This document shows, one piece after another, positions 1 to 13,468 of a stretch of 64,000 bases of DNA. The DNA lies in assembly GCA_951406725.2 (NCBI GenBank), contig OX597823.1:103974001-104038000 (forward strand), in the 5' to 3' direction. Numbering within the stretch: the first letter of the stretch is position 1; each line of letters begins with the position of its first letter. Below the pieces are notes generated by a model. That model was not told the origin of the DNA and ran no database searches. It was given only the letters and a program-made list of their open reading frames with translations. The position numbers and the translations under genes were made by a program. This stretch comes from Octopus vulgaris (taxonomy: Eukaryota).

Positions 1-306
1 GCAGAAAGCTGAAATGCAATGTATAATAAAATTAATCACTGAAATATTATCCGAAACAATGATTGGTGACGTATAAAATAACCGAGTACTTTATGTAGAT
101 TAGAAAATATGCTTCAGTTGCAGACAGAATCATTAGCATACTGGAAGTATGCACATTTCTAGATGTTACGTCGAATATTCTTTTAATAGAAACTTCACTT
201 CATTTAAGTCTCTCTTGGTAATTGAATTGCCGTCCGCTCCTGTTCCTCCTGCTCTTCTTACACCTGCTCCTCCTACTCCTGCTCCTTTCCCCCTTCTCCT
301 CCTCCT

Positions 307-385
307 CTTCTTCTTCTTCTTCTTCTTCTTCTTCTTCTTCTTCTTCTTCTTCTTCTTCTTCTTCTTCTTCTTCTTCTTCTTCTTC
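307..385. repeat. (TTC)n microsatellite
   Basis: Pure TTC tract; it produces the poly-F and poly-E ORFs in the track. Confidence 0.95.
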
Positions 386-390
386 AGCCA

Positions 391-876
391 GGCAGTGAGA
401 ACGGTGGATGTTCCACTTTAGCAATATATAGAAGATTGGTGGCGAGGAAATATGACGACGTTCTCGGGGAGACTCTGGGCGTCGACGAAAACGATCTGGC
501 TAGTCTGTTCCGGAGGACTTTCCGGTCGAGAACTACCATAGATAATTTTCATATGTCCTTGGCCTAGCAGTGCTACTAAGGGGCGCTACTAGTTCAAGAT
601 AAACTCTGCAGGCACGAATGTGTTGTCAGACGGACTTGTCCGAAGTACACACAGAACGACGAAACCGTTGTACACAAACTACTGCAGTGTCCGGGTATTC
701 TTAACTAGAGTCATGTCCAACAGCTTCTGTCGCGTGTCAGACGGATCCGTCTGTCGGCAGAGTCCACAAAGATAGTTACCTTACCCACTACCTGCCAAGC
801 AGGTATGGGAGTTTTCCTTCGCCTGGTGGCTGTGATGAAAGAGGTTGTCTGGTGGACGAAGTTGAAAGGCCTATAG
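391..876 (+). mobile_element. Degenerate L1/Tx1-type LINE ORF2 C-terminal fragment (zinc-binding region after the RT)
   Basis: One frame reads ...DNFHMSLA*QCY*GALLVQDKLCRHECVVRRTCPKYTQNDETVVHKLLQCPGILN*...LVAVMKEVVWWTKLKGL*. This fits the W..L...CxxC...E...H....C...W pattern of L1/Tx1 ORF2 C-termini, and the TAG stops fall at expected Trp positions. Confidence 0.75.
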
Positions 877-3344
877 TCGAAAGAATTATTATTATCATTC
901 AAATAAATTTGAATAAATTTCTTTAAGATAAACACCCAATTTTAAAGTTGTCATCACAAAACTGTTATACAAAGGAAGAAAAAATTCTGATGAACAATTA
1001 GAAAATAGTTAAAAATTATGAAACGAATAATTGAGCACTAATGTGGTCATTTTGTCTTGCAAAAATAACAGCCAAATTTCCCTCAAATCAAACCAAACTA
1101 TATTTACAAAAAGGGTGGCTAATGTTGCTTTAGAAATGCTGTCAGCAAAAAACTTTGTGGTCACGACTGGAATTTGTTTTTTGTGAAACTATGCTATGGA
1201 ATATTTACGTTGATAGATTAATTATATATAATTATATACAAGAAACAAACTCCGACATATATTTTACACATCAAAAACGACAAGGTTATTGTAATAACTG
1301 ACACAACATTATAAACTGACAGTTTTGCCGTGCACAAACCAGACGGGAATCTAAGTAATTGCAATGGTTTCGCTATTGATCTGACACACTTTTGTCAAGA
1401 TACGAACAGCTTATCAATATGAGTGGATCAAGACAACTTTCCAAAGCGATACAACTTTCTGTAAACGGAACAATATCTATCGATATTTATTTCTTATTTT
1501 TCCTTCTTTAGAAACTACAAAAAAAAAAGGTCTTGATGAGCCCCTCCCTAGGCCATTAATCAAAATGAAAATAATTTTTATCATATATATATACAAGGTT
1601 TATAATATTCAAGTTGGGCAGGAAACAATACTCAACTGGTTTCTTTATTTTATTGAATCTGAAAGAATGAAGAAGAAAGTTGACCTCGGAAGTATACACA
1701 GTAACAACACCAAGGATCACGTTTAAAAACGGCAAGGTATTCTGTCCGTACTTAAGTCGATTCGTTCCAACAAACACTTTAAGGCGGTGCCCCAGCTTGG
1801 CAGCAGTCGGACCAAGTAAAAGAGTTCACAACTCTGTACACAGTCCAAACCGTATCTCTGCCAAGTGTTACCAACATCTGTCACAAGACACTTTCCTTTC
1901 AAGAATACATCTGACACACTACACACTCTGAACAATACACACAATACATGCCCTATCGTAGTGTTTCTCATAGGCTGGTTCTTAGAATTGTAAGAGGAGA
2001 AATGAATTGGCATGTTTAACAAAAAAGAAATAGTTTTTAAACAGTTTAACTTTGTCTAACACCATGGTGAAAATAGAAGAATTCTATTGTCATTTCATAC
2101 TAATAAGGGGGTGGTAAGAAGCGAAGAATTTGGCCAATGATTGTGGAGTATGACTGGTATTTGTATGTTTGAGAAATAGCACTCAATGCAATCACCACCC
2201 GATAAAGATCATAACCCACACAACACAAACGCAACGGAATCAAATACATTCACCATTCTGAAAACTAACACAGCTCATTTAAGACATTCTACACAACGAA
2301 CAGACAACCCATTAAAATGGAAACTGAAATAACAAAAGAAATCTCAGAACAATACAAAGATGATGCAGCACATTAAAACAGCCTTCACTTCTGAAATATA
2401 ATGTTGTTCGCACTTCGGGAATATAAAACTTTTGGAAACATGATGATAGAATTAGTAATACAGACGAGTTAATTTAAGAAGATACATTTTCAAAAGCAAA
2501 TTATATCAGACGTAGAATACTTAAAAGAAAGAATGCATAACGAAAGTGAAAACAACGAACAAAACAAAACAAGCTACACTTATACACACAACGAAATGGA
2601 AACCATTAAAGTTGAAAACATTGATAATATCTAACAGGAAGATAAATTGAGTTCATGTCAGACAAAATTATAACAAAATCAAAACCTCTCGTACCTATAG
2701 AATACCAACCAAATAAAAGCTAAATCAAAACAACATAAACAAAATTTTGGATAAAAGAGAATGCGAGAAAGATTTAAGTAAATAACATTCTAAAGATGTA
2801 AATTCTGAATATAACAATACTTTAACTGTGGAGATATTAAAAATCGATAGCTCTTCCTGTGGGTCAAACCTAAGACGACCAAATATTAGATATAATGATA
2901 AAATAGGAACAATAATAAGTGTGAAAGTGATGATTTTACACTGAAACAGACACGAGCATATATATCACCGCGCTAAACCAAATATACGTGTAGTTGCTAC
3001 AGTAGCAATAAATAACGAGAGTACAAAGGCAACGAATACACGAATGCTCTAACCCAAACAAACGACGGGTAAGAGGAAAATGACTATTAAAAGATAGAAC
3101 ATAAAAGAAAAATAATGAAATAAATAGTGAAATTCCTAATGAAATAAATAGTGAAAAAAAATATAAATAACGCGATAGAAATACCAAAAATAAAGGAATA
3201 CTGGAAACAAAACATTCTATTTCGCAAAGTATCCGACGTTATGAAATGCGACAATAATTCTCTGATAAAAAAGAAAACGGTTCGGCTGCAGCCCCAAACG
3301 ATTTTATCAATAAAAACTAAGTCCCCTGGACATTATTAATTCAA

Positions 3345-3590
3345 GTGAGGGACTCATAAGGATGGTTATTAAATTTCTATGTCGTATAAGTGACCGAGAT
3401 CACAACACTCTGCCTTGAACTGGACATCAGTCCGCCACAGGGTTATTCATTTTACGGCTGAGTGGACTGGAGCAACGAAATGAAGTGTTTTGTTTGATGA
3501 TGATGATGTATACAATACACCACTCGATCCTGGAACTGAAACCAGTATCTAGCAATTGTGAGTACAACACCCTGACCACCAGGCCATGCA
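3345..3590 (-). mobile_element. Old tRNA-derived SINE (family E)
   Basis: Minus strand begins TGGCCTGGTGGTCAGGGTGTTGTACTCAC (A-box-like), followed by AACACTTCATTTCGTTGCTCCAGTCCACTCAGC. A related degenerate copy lies near 57215-57480. Confidence 0.55.
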
Positions 3591-3754
3591 CTGTTACTTT
3601 TTTCAAGAACAAGATGAAAATAAAAATTTGGGGAGGAACAGTAACACCACTGTTACAATAAGTAAAACTATCTCAGTTCCCAAGACTAAAGAAACTGCAA
3701 ACTCTAAAAACTGCAATAACACCTGTAATAATTCTTCCTACTATAGGCTATCCA

Positions 3755-3930
3755 GAAATTTTGGTGGGAGGAGGTTAGTTGATTACATTGTTCTCAGCTA
3801 GCACTTATTTTATCGACCCCAGGGGAATGATAGGCAAAATCGACCTCGTGACACTTGAACTCAGAACGTAAGACCGGAAGGAATGCCGCAAAGCATTTTG
3901 TCTGGGTCTTTCACGATTCTGCCAGCTCGT
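3755..3930 (-). mobile_element. SINE family A, diverged copy
   Basis: Matches the family A sequence GAGCTGGCAGAATCG...TTCTGAGTTCAA...GAGGTCGA...GGGGTCGATAAAATAAGT seen elsewhere in the window. Confidence 0.7.
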
Positions 3931-4399
3931 CTATGGACTATTAAATGTGAGATAACATTAGTACTTAGCAGATACATTCAACAAATCATGAGTAAACAGC
4001 AAATAATTTGGCAGATACAGACTAAAAAAAACAGAAATGATAAACGAAATTCTATGACTTTTAGAAGAAGACGATTCTCTAAGGAGACGCATACATTCTA
4101 CTTATTTTCCATCTGGTGTTTAAAACCTTAAATTAACATCTTAAACTAGATATGAACCGGGTAAACATGTTTAGGAAAGACGGTTAACTTTCTTTTGTCT
4201 GTGGTAGACCGTAAGTTGCACATTAATGATAATAAATATTAGAAACATTGCTACAGAGAGTACATGGTCAAACTGGCGAGCGGAGTTAATATGGAAATAG
4301 GTTAAGAAAAAGGCAACCCATGATGAGAGGAAGACTTATGAATAGAAAGGATTATCATCATCATTATTATTATTATCATCATCATCATCATCATCATCA

Positions 4400-4451
<52 letters not shown>

Positions 4452-4464
4452 CGTTATTAGATGT

Positions 4465-4660
4465 AGGCAGCGAGCTGGCAGAGTCACTGCCACGCCGGTG
4501 AAAAAGGCATAGCAGTATTTCGTCCGACCTTATGTTCTGAGTTCAAATTCCGGCAAATTCGACTTTACCGTTCATCCCCTCGGGGTAGGTGGGGCAGATG
4601 TAATCGAGTAGCTCCCTCCCCTAAAGTTTCAGGCCTTGTGCCTAGAGTAGAAAGGATTAT
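4465..4660 (+). mobile_element. SINE family A, diverged copy
   Basis: GGCAGCGAGCTGGCAGAG...GTTCTGAGTTCAAATTCC, ending GGCCTTGTGCCTAGAGTAGAAAGGATTATT. Confidence 0.7.
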
Positions 4661-5195
4661 TATTAGAGGAAGAAATGGAAATAAGCATAAAAAACAGAGT
4701 CACATAGGAATTAAAGGAATGAACAGAATACATGTTTACGAAGGAATGATACAGACGCAATTTATTACTACTTCGAACAGAAATAAATACAAAAAAGTAA
4801 ATAAGAATAAGAGAGTATGTATTACTCGCTTGTTATTTCAGTAATAAACTAAAATTATATATTAAACTGGACGCTAAGTGAATGAACGGGGTAAGGCAGG
4901 AAGCAATACAAGTAATAAATTCATTTATATATACCACCCAAAATCTGACCTAAAATATTTTTACCATGAATATAAGAGAGAGTAAGTAGAAAATCATTAC
5001 GAAATAATTACTGTAGAACAACAAAAATATGTAGTGAAGTGTAAAGAAAAATCTATCCTAATAGGGGCAGAATATGATTAAAAGAACAATGTACTGTCGT
5101 TAAAATAGGTTCAATGTCCAGTCAACTGTGCGAAATCTCCGGCGTATTTTCAAGGAAACTTAAAATATAAAAGACTCGTGTGAAGAGAATTTAAT

Positions 5196-5232
<37 letters not shown>

Positions 5233-5244
5233 GCAGATAGAAAC

Positions 5245-5287
<43 letters not shown>

Positions 5288-5689
5288 GCAAAAGAAATGG
5301 TTAAAAACTAAGACAAAAAAACTTCTTGAAACAGGGACTACAGATAGTCATAGGACGATTGAAAGGAAAGCCCATATATATCCGATATATGGCAAGTATG
5401 AACACAAGAGAAGTGGATAAAGAAAACAAAATATAACCTTAGTACAGCTGAGAAGGACTCAGAACTGTGAACGACAGATTTTTGAATACTGCAAATGACG
5501 AGAACTACCCTCTAGAAATTACCAATAGCATATAACCAAGCAGAGTTCAGATCATGTGGAGGCTGTGAAGAAGCAATCAATAGCATTGTTCTGCCTGTTC
5601 AGATTTAACCAAAGGACAATATAAATGTGTGCGTAGGCGCGCGCGCCTAAGTGTGTTTATGTATGTATGTATGTATGTGTATATATATA

Positions 5690-5765
<76 letters not shown>

Positions 5766-5779
5766 CATATAAGTATATA

Positions 5780-6600
5780 CCGAATTCACTCGGATATACG
5801 TCGCACTTTTCTACCCTAAAATTTTCATCTAAAGTTGGGGATGCGACTCATAAGCGCATCCTATAAAAAATATTCAGATATTTTCTAGGTACAAACCACG
5901 TCTGAAGTTACGACACTTGGAATAACCGAAAAAAACTGAATCCCTAATTCCGAAACTGAAAAGTACACGGAAGACGACCGTTAGATATTTCTTTATATAT
6001 TTCTTTACTTCTATTAGTATGAAATAAACCGTTAATCTAAAAAATTGAGTTTAATGCTTGTTTGCTTCTGTACCGTATCTGTCTTTCTTTAATTCGATGC
6101 CATGTTATTTGTTAGCATGAGGAGAAAGAGGAATTCGGATGATATCACTTAAAAGTTGAAAGCTGTTGAATACGCGATCCCGCATTCGAATCGAGTCTCA
6201 GAAAAAGAATTTGGGGTACCAGAAAAATGGTCAGGGATTGGCGTTTGAAAGAGGAGAAAATGAAATCCGTTGGCATCAAATCGTTAATGAAAATTAGGAT
6301 AGGAACGAATCCCAATGAGGAGATGGAGACTATTTTGAGAGACAGGGTGACTGAACTATGCATGAATGAACTTGTCATCACGAGGAACATCATAGGATTG
6401 CGGGTTCGCCAAGTGATTGAAGAACATGATAATTCCGACTTTAAAGCATCTTCTGGCTGGTGTACGAGGTTCATGAAACGACACAATCTTATGCAGAGAC
6501 AGAGAACTCATATCGCACAGAAATTACCTGCCGACGTAGAGAGCAAAGTTGATTCTTGCCATCGGTATGTAATAGACCTTGGAAAGAGTCTCTGGGTGAG
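5780..6600 (+). mobile_element. pogo/Tigger-like DNA transposon, 5' portion: terminal sequence plus disrupted transposase DNA-binding region
   Basis: TA|CCGAATTCACTCGGATATACGTCGCACTTTT resembles pogo-family termini. The coding remnant from 6117 reads MRRKRNSDDIT*KLKAVEYA...FGVPEK, then after a frameshift MVRDWR...FKASSGWCTRFMKRHNL..RQRTHIAQKLP (Brinker-type plus CENP-B/Tc5-type HTH). No DDD catalytic domain is visible. Confidence 0.85.
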
Positions 6601-6639
6601 ACCTGAGTCAGCTTGTATAAGTACGAAGCAAAAGCCAAA

Positions 6640-6706
6640 CATAATAATAATGATAAAAACAATAATAGTAATAATAACAATAATAATAGTAATAATAATA
6701 ATAATA

Positions 6707-6770
<64 letters not shown>
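6640..6770. repeat. (AAT)n microsatellite
   Basis: Visible AAT tract truncating the pogo ORF. Confidence 0.95.
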
Positions 6771-6771
<1 letters not shown>

Positions 6772-6944
6772 GACCCAAGACGTAAAAGACAAAATCTTGC
6801 CTGTTAATTGATATGACAGTGTCTACTGAAAGAAACGTCTAAGTAAAGGAATTTGAAAAACTGTCGAAATGTAAGCACCTTGAAAGTGAGATGTCTAAGA
6901 CTTGTTAATTAAAATACCAAAACCATTCCTGAAATTTCGTAAGA

Positions 6945-7090
6945 AGGGTTAAATCGATTACATCGACCGCAGTGTTCAACTGATACTTATTTCATTGACC
7001 TTGGCGGAATTTCAACTCAGAACGTAAATATGGACGAAATGCCGCTAAGCATTTAGCTTGATGTGCTAACGATTCGGCCAGCTCACCTCC
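6945..7090 (-). mobile_element. SINE family A, diverged copy
   Basis: Reverse complement of GAGCTGGCCGAATCGTTAGCAC...GTTCTGAGTTGAAATTCCGCC. Confidence 0.7.
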
Positions 7091-7143
<53 letters not shown>

Positions 7144-7614
7144 TTTTATAGCAGTAACAATACATATATACAAGCGTACATATATACATGTGTACATATA
7201 TACATGTGTACGTAGACTAATAAAATATAATTGTGTGGAATAACAATAACAACCCTAGTAATAACATCAACATCAAACAAAAAGAACAACCCGAAAATAC
7301 AACATAAATATATAAAAAAACAATACTAACACCAAAGAAATATTATACGCAATAGTTACGAAGCTATAATGAAATTTAACCCTCTTCCCATGAACTCTGG
7401 AATCATATGTTGCACCTTTTAAGATATTTCTATTGTCGTCTGCTGTGGTAAGCTGACACCATATTGAATGTCTGTAGGTCAGACATATTTACAACGCTCT
7501 TTGCTGTTGCTGTAAGCTATTTCGGCAACCTTTTTCTTCTTGTTAGTTCGTCTCGTTATTCCTTCTTGCTTCTCCTCTCTTTCTTTATTTTATTTTTCAT
7601 CAATTCCCCCTCCA

Positions 7615-8052
7615 CCAGCAGCACCTCCTCCTCCGTTTCACCAGCAGCAGCAGCAGCACCACCACCACCACCACCGTCTTCTTCTTCTTCTTCTTCTTCT
7701 TCTTCTTCTTCTTCTTCTTCTTCTTCTTCTTCTTCTTTTCCTTCTTCTTCTATTTCTTCTTCTTCTCCTTCTTCTTTTTCTTCTTCTTCCCCTTCTTTTT
7801 CCATCTTCTTCTACTTCTTCTTCTTCCTCTTCTTTTCCTTATTCTTCTTCTTTTCCTTCTTCTTCTTCTTCTTCTTCCTCTTCTGTTCCTTCTTCTTCTC
7901 CTTCTTCTTCTTCTTCTCCTTCCTCTTTTTTTCCTTCTCCTTCTTCTTCTACTTCCCCTTCTTTTCCTTCTTCTCCTTCTTCTTCTTCTTCTTCTTCTTC
8001 TTCTTCTTCTCCTTCCTCTTCTTTTCCTTCTTCTTCTTCTTCTTCTTCTTCC
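7615..8052. repeat. Compound (CAG)/(CAC)/(TTC)n low-complexity tract
   Basis: Long imperfect TTC tract; it explains the 7464-8238 ORFs. Confidence 0.95.
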
Positions 8053-8959
8053 ATTTTTACTGCTGCTTTTCATGTTGTTATTGTTGTTGTGGTGGTGGTT
8101 GTCATTAGTGCTGCTCTTATAACTATTTTGGTTACTACTGTTGACGTCGTTGTCATTGCTACAGTTAGTAATGTTTGTTTTCCCTGGTTGTTGCTATTTT
8201 TTGCTATTTGTTTAAATCATATTGTTAATTTTTGTTGATAGTTGTTGTTTGTTTACGATGATAATGTTTAGCAGCTGGTCACCGATAATTCCTAGTGTGC
8301 TTTTGTTGTAAAATTAGGGTTTGGGTTAAAGTAGTTGATGGTAGAACGCTGGATGGAACAACCTGCAGATTTTAGCTATGCTGCATTACAGTTCTGAATT
8401 TAGATACCGCGTGAAGTTTCATCCATATAACCGTTCATCATTTAAAGACTCTGCCAAATAATCAATCATTCTCGAACATAATTTAATCGATTATATCGCA
8501 CCACATTCCTTCGCCATGTGTGCTAAAGTATAAAAAATGCTTATTGTTTAATCCAAGGTCAGCCCTTTTCTAACAAGCCTACCATGAGATATTTTTCAAG
8601 CCCAAACAATCCTACTTTACAGATGTGTCTAGCAATATGATATCCAAAGTAACCTTCGAGTGTTTTCTGTGGAAGCATTTCTCGCTATTTCTAGTATTGA
8701 AGCAAGCATTATAGATGTTTTCGATCTAGTTTGGATTCTTTGCTATCAAATTTGAATTCTTTGTCATCAAATTTGAATTCTTTGCAATTTTCCCGTTTCA
8801 CTGAGGCGAAGCACAAAAGTCTAAAACCATAAAATCTTTTGCTACTCATGGCAATTTGACATATCGAATTCTTCTACGAACCTTTCTGTGGACTAATAAT
8901 TATCAATAATACAGACCCCTCCAACTTGGATATTATAGTTTACTTCATACTGATATATT

Positions 8960-9160
8960 CCAGATCGATCGAGTGGTACAAGGTTTTGCATTGCCTTGCT
9001 GCAGAAATATTAACTTTTTATTAAACAATGCCGGGTATATTTGTCATACAATAGTACACATCCGCGTCAGGTGTTCGGGGTACAGGTTGACACCAATAGT
9101 TCGTCCGTCCGGAACAAAATCGTTGTGAATTATCTCCTTCTAATTCCACCAGACGCGGAT
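8960..9160 (-). mobile_element. Degenerate mariner transposase fragment
   Basis: Minus strand reads IRVWWN*KEIIHNDFVPDGRTIGVNLYPEHLTRM, then after a frameshift YPALFNKKLIFLQQGNAKPCT. This matches mariner VWW.xGIIH..L..G.TI...Y..QL and LQHDNARPH motifs. Confidence 0.75.
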
Positions 9161-9983
9161 TGTTCAGATCCCTGGCTCAGTTTTCCACGCTCACTAACCA
9201 AGAGTAGGTGAAGCGTCACTGAAGAAGTTCTCCGCCTCGAAGGACAAGAACTAGTATCAGCGTGAGGTCAAAGAATTGAGAGAAGGGTGCAATACGATGG
9301 CCTCTACTTTGAATGTTGGACTACTTTTATAGTAACTTGACAATTAAACAAATATTACCAAAATATTGCAAAACGTTTAATTCAAAGCAGTATATAGTGT
9401 GTTCGGACAGCTCGTATAAGCTTAAAATTCAAGGTCGAGTGATACTATTAGGAATAAAGAAAAAGTTAGTTTCGGACCGGACAGTTGGCATGAATGGAAT
9501 AGAAGAATTTGGCGCAGCGCTCTGGAGGCTGGAGATTTGGCTCAACTGAATGAAGATTGAACATGTGACGACGGTACATTTTAACACTGAATGCAAACTT
9601 ACACGCACACACGCACACGCACAGAAATATACACAGACAGATAGATAACGTGAGAGAGAAAGAGAGAGAGAAAAAAAGAGAGGGTGGTAGACAGACAAAC
9701 AGATAGACACGGAGAACGAGAGAAACATTGAAACGGGAGAAACATTAAGACGTCTGGTGTCAAATAAGTCAGCGTCGAATCAGCGGCACTCAATAAGTGG
9801 TGCCAAAACGGCTGTGCCAAAATCGTTCATACCCCGGTTTCAATGATTATAGCAGAGTAGACTCTGCTATTGGTACCCAGGGTGCAAGATGGTAGTTTTG
9901 AACGGAGTGTAGGATTAAGGCTACATCTCAAGAACATAGTAGATCCCAAATTTCATTCAGAGGGACTGGTCGACCTCTGGTTT

Positions 9984-10016
<33 letters not shown>

Positions 10017-10077
10017 ATGTACGTATGTATACATACAGACATACATACAAATGCATGCCTGCATACATACATACATG

Positions 10078-10139
<62 letters not shown>

Positions 10140-10204
10140 GGTCCCGGGTTGAGTCGGGGTTAACCACAGTAAATAAGGTACTCAATACATAGCAGAGTAA
10201 ATTA

Positions 10205-10431
<227 letters not shown>

Positions 10432-10947
10432 TTACCCAGAGTGCCAGAACAGTGAAACGGATCCCGAGGCTACGTAAGAGCAAGGCAAGGGGATTGACAC
10501 ATTTGCACTTGCACCAATTTAATTACAACGAATATATCGTCTTACGTATTAATTTGAGGCCAAGTGTCAAAGTAACAAATTGTTGTTACAGCTGTAGTAG
10601 TAGAAGTAGTAATAGATGTTGCTGTTGCAGTAATTGTTGCAGTTGCTGATCTTTGTTGTTGTTGTTCTTGTTGTTGTTGTTCTTGTTGTTGTCTATGTTG
10701 ACATTTTCGTCGGCATCACATTAATTTGACCCGCTATATATTTGATAAAGATTTGCTAATAACACTTTAATAGTTTTGTTTTCGTTGCTGTCATGCCAAA
10801 TATCCTCGCGCTTGTTCTAATTCTTACTCTCATTCTTTTTCTACTCTATTTAAAAAATAAGACAAACACACTGTAGCTATTGTTAACTAACTTTTATATA
10901 TGTGTGTTAGCCCCCGCTCCCTCCCCCGCCTCCCCAACCACTTAGAC

Positions 10948-11071
10948 CCTCTGAAGAAGCCTAGAGGCACATTCATCATCCAAGCCTAATCAGTTCATCC
11001 CTACTGAAGAGCTGGAGAGATGGAGATTATCCGGAAGATTTCGTTGCCTCTTGGCAGAAACAGCCGTAAGG
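10948..11071 (+). ncRNA. Minimal type I hammerhead motif with a long loop II (Penelope-like pLTR remnant)
   Basis: CCT-CTGAAGA-A-GCCTAGAGGCA...TGCCTCTTGGC-A-GAAAC-AGCC-GTA-AGG; stem II pairs at 10 of 11 positions. Confidence 0.6.
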
Positions 11072-11450
11072 AACTAGCACCTACACACCCATTCTGTTTT
11101 ATAGATGATCTGTTTAAATCTGTTCCTTTGCTCATTTGCTCATCTGCTTAATTGGTCACTCGTTCCTGTATGCTTATACGCTTCCACACCCTTGCTTTTG
11201 CAATCATTAATTACTAATTCTTTACATTTGATAATCTGTTCTAATACACGTGTGTGTACCATTCCAATACATTAGAAAAAATAGACATACTGGCATGTTT
11301 ACTGGCTGATGTCTGTCGATTTCATATCCTCTCCACTTTTTTATTTGCTATATAAATCAAGGGTAACCCACTTTTCACCCCAACCCATATATAATACTCA
11401 ATTGCGAGATTGCCACTCAGCAATAACTAGAACTATATTGGATAGGTACT

Positions 11451-11747
<297 letters not shown>

Positions 11748-11759
11748 TATATATATATA

Positions 11760-12130
11760 GATATCTTGCAAACAACTTGCACATGCAAGTGCTACCAGTT
11801 AAAAGCTCCGTATATCGGAAGCTAGCAAGTGTATGGGGTCATCAGGAGAGAATGCGCGCCGTTTCGGGGCCTACCTCTCGACGGCATCAATGCGCACCGG
11901 GCCCCCTCACTGATATGAGGCCCCGCTTGCTAGATCAGCTGGTTATGATGAACTCAATATACTTCTAGCCATCGCTCATCGTCTCTTTTTAACCAAATCC
12001 AGTGGCTAGCCTTCTCCACTGTAGATTGGATATCAGTCATGGTGGTATTGACTTTACGATGAGTTAGGCCTAACGATAACAACAGTCGTCTCACGCTGTG
12101 TCCTACAAACCCTCTACATCCGACTTCGAT
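11760..12130 (-). mobile_element. 5'-truncated 3' end of an RLE-type non-LTR retrotransposon (HERO-like) inserted in (TA)n
   Basis: [22 protein letters not shown]...[21 protein letters not shown] (stop at 11954) resembles the C-terminus of HERO-clade restriction-like endonuclease ORFs. A ~190-nt GC-rich 3' UTR follows, with TA repeats on both sides. Confidence 0.8.
11822..11933 (-). ncRNA. Non-circularly permuted hammerhead ribozyme candidate in a retrotransposon 3' UTR
   Basis: Minus RNA: CUAGCAAGC GGGG CCUCA UAUCAG UGAGG GGGCCC GGUGCGC AUUGAU GCCGU C GAGAG GUA GGCCCC GAAACGGC GCGCAU U CUCUC CUGAUGA CCCC AUACA CUUGCUAG. The core is perfect, and stems I and III are 5 bp each. Confidence 0.65.
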
Positions 12131-12184
12131 ATATATATGTACATACATATATACATATATACATATATATATACATATATATAT

Positions 12185-12231
<47 letters not shown>

Positions 12232-12240
12232 CATATATAC

Positions 12241-12311
<71 letters not shown>

Positions 12312-12983
12312 CATACACACATATATATATACATATGTGTGTGTGTGTGTGGAACAACAAATATTAGGGCTCTAGTAGCGTAGAAATATGTGGCACACTG
12401 AACCCAAGTTTGACGATATTGTTGTCTTAAGTTAGATCAAAGAACTTCAGGTGTCCAAATTGTCAGGTTTATATCGGTAAAACGTATGTGTGGATTTTAA
12501 AAAGACTAAAATATAATCTAAATAATAAGACAAAAAAAAAGAAACGGATATCACATCTTCAGTGACCAGTTGCTGTTGTTTCCGTACCATCTTCGTTTTT
12601 AATGCCAATTCCCGAAAAGGTCCCTTGTGAAACGTTACGTAATATTTACGATTTTAAACATTAGAGTGGCACTTCGTCATACTTGAATCAAAAGATGCAT
12701 TCTCACATTGTAGTTCTTCCAAGGGTTGTATGTTGCCAAATGGAACTCTTGCGCTAATTGGCATTAAAGGCTAAGTTTGTACAAAAACAGTTGTAATTTG
12801 TTTTTAAGTGCAATATAAAACTCTTTCTTTTTCTTATTTGGATGGTGAGTATGTATGTATGTATGTATGTATGTATGTATGTATGTATGTATGTATGTAT
12901 GTATGTATGTATGTATGTATGTATGTATGCATGTATGTATGTATATATGCGTGTGCATGCATGTATATATTATATATCTAACA

Positions 12984-13033
<50 letters not shown>

Positions 13034-13097
13034 AAATATAATATATACATATATATGATACACACACATATATGTATGATATAATATAATATATTAT

Positions 13098-13468
13098 AGG
13101 CGCAGGAGTGGCTTTGTGGTAAGTAGCTTGCTTACCAACCACATAGTTCCGGGTTCAGTTCCACTGCGTTGCACCTTGGGCAATTGTCTTCGACTATGGC
13201 CGCAGGCCTACCAAAGCCTCGTGAGTGGATTTGGTAGACGGAAACTGAAACTGTATATATTTGCGCGTCTGTGTTTGTCCCTCCAGCATCGCTTGACAAC
13301 CGATACTGGTGTATTTACGTCCCCGTAACTTAGCGGTTCAGCAAAAGAAAACCCATAGAATAAGTACTAAGCTTACAAAGAATAAGTCCTGGGGTTGATT
13401 TGTTCGACTAAAAGCGGTGCTCCAGCATGGTCGCAGTTAAATGACTGAAACAAATAAAAGAATAAAAG
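13098..13468 (+). mobile_element. tRNA-derived SINE family B, near full length
   Basis: AGGCGCAGGAGTGGCTTTGTGGTAAG (A box), GGGTTCAGTTCC (B box), ending CAGCATGGTCGCAGTTAAATGACTGAAAC plus an A-rich tail; many copies in the window. Confidence 0.85.

Noticed and set aside
1200-3340. A-rich, coding-like region possibly from a LINE ORF1
   Set aside because: Too many stops and no motif I can assign with confidence.
4670-5580. Possible decayed LINE endonuclease (INSFIYIPPK-like)
   Set aside because: Only one weak motif; insufficient for a call.
7464-8238. Long ORFs rich in S/F/L/E/R
   Set aside because: Translations of the (TTC)n tract, open in several frames on both strands.
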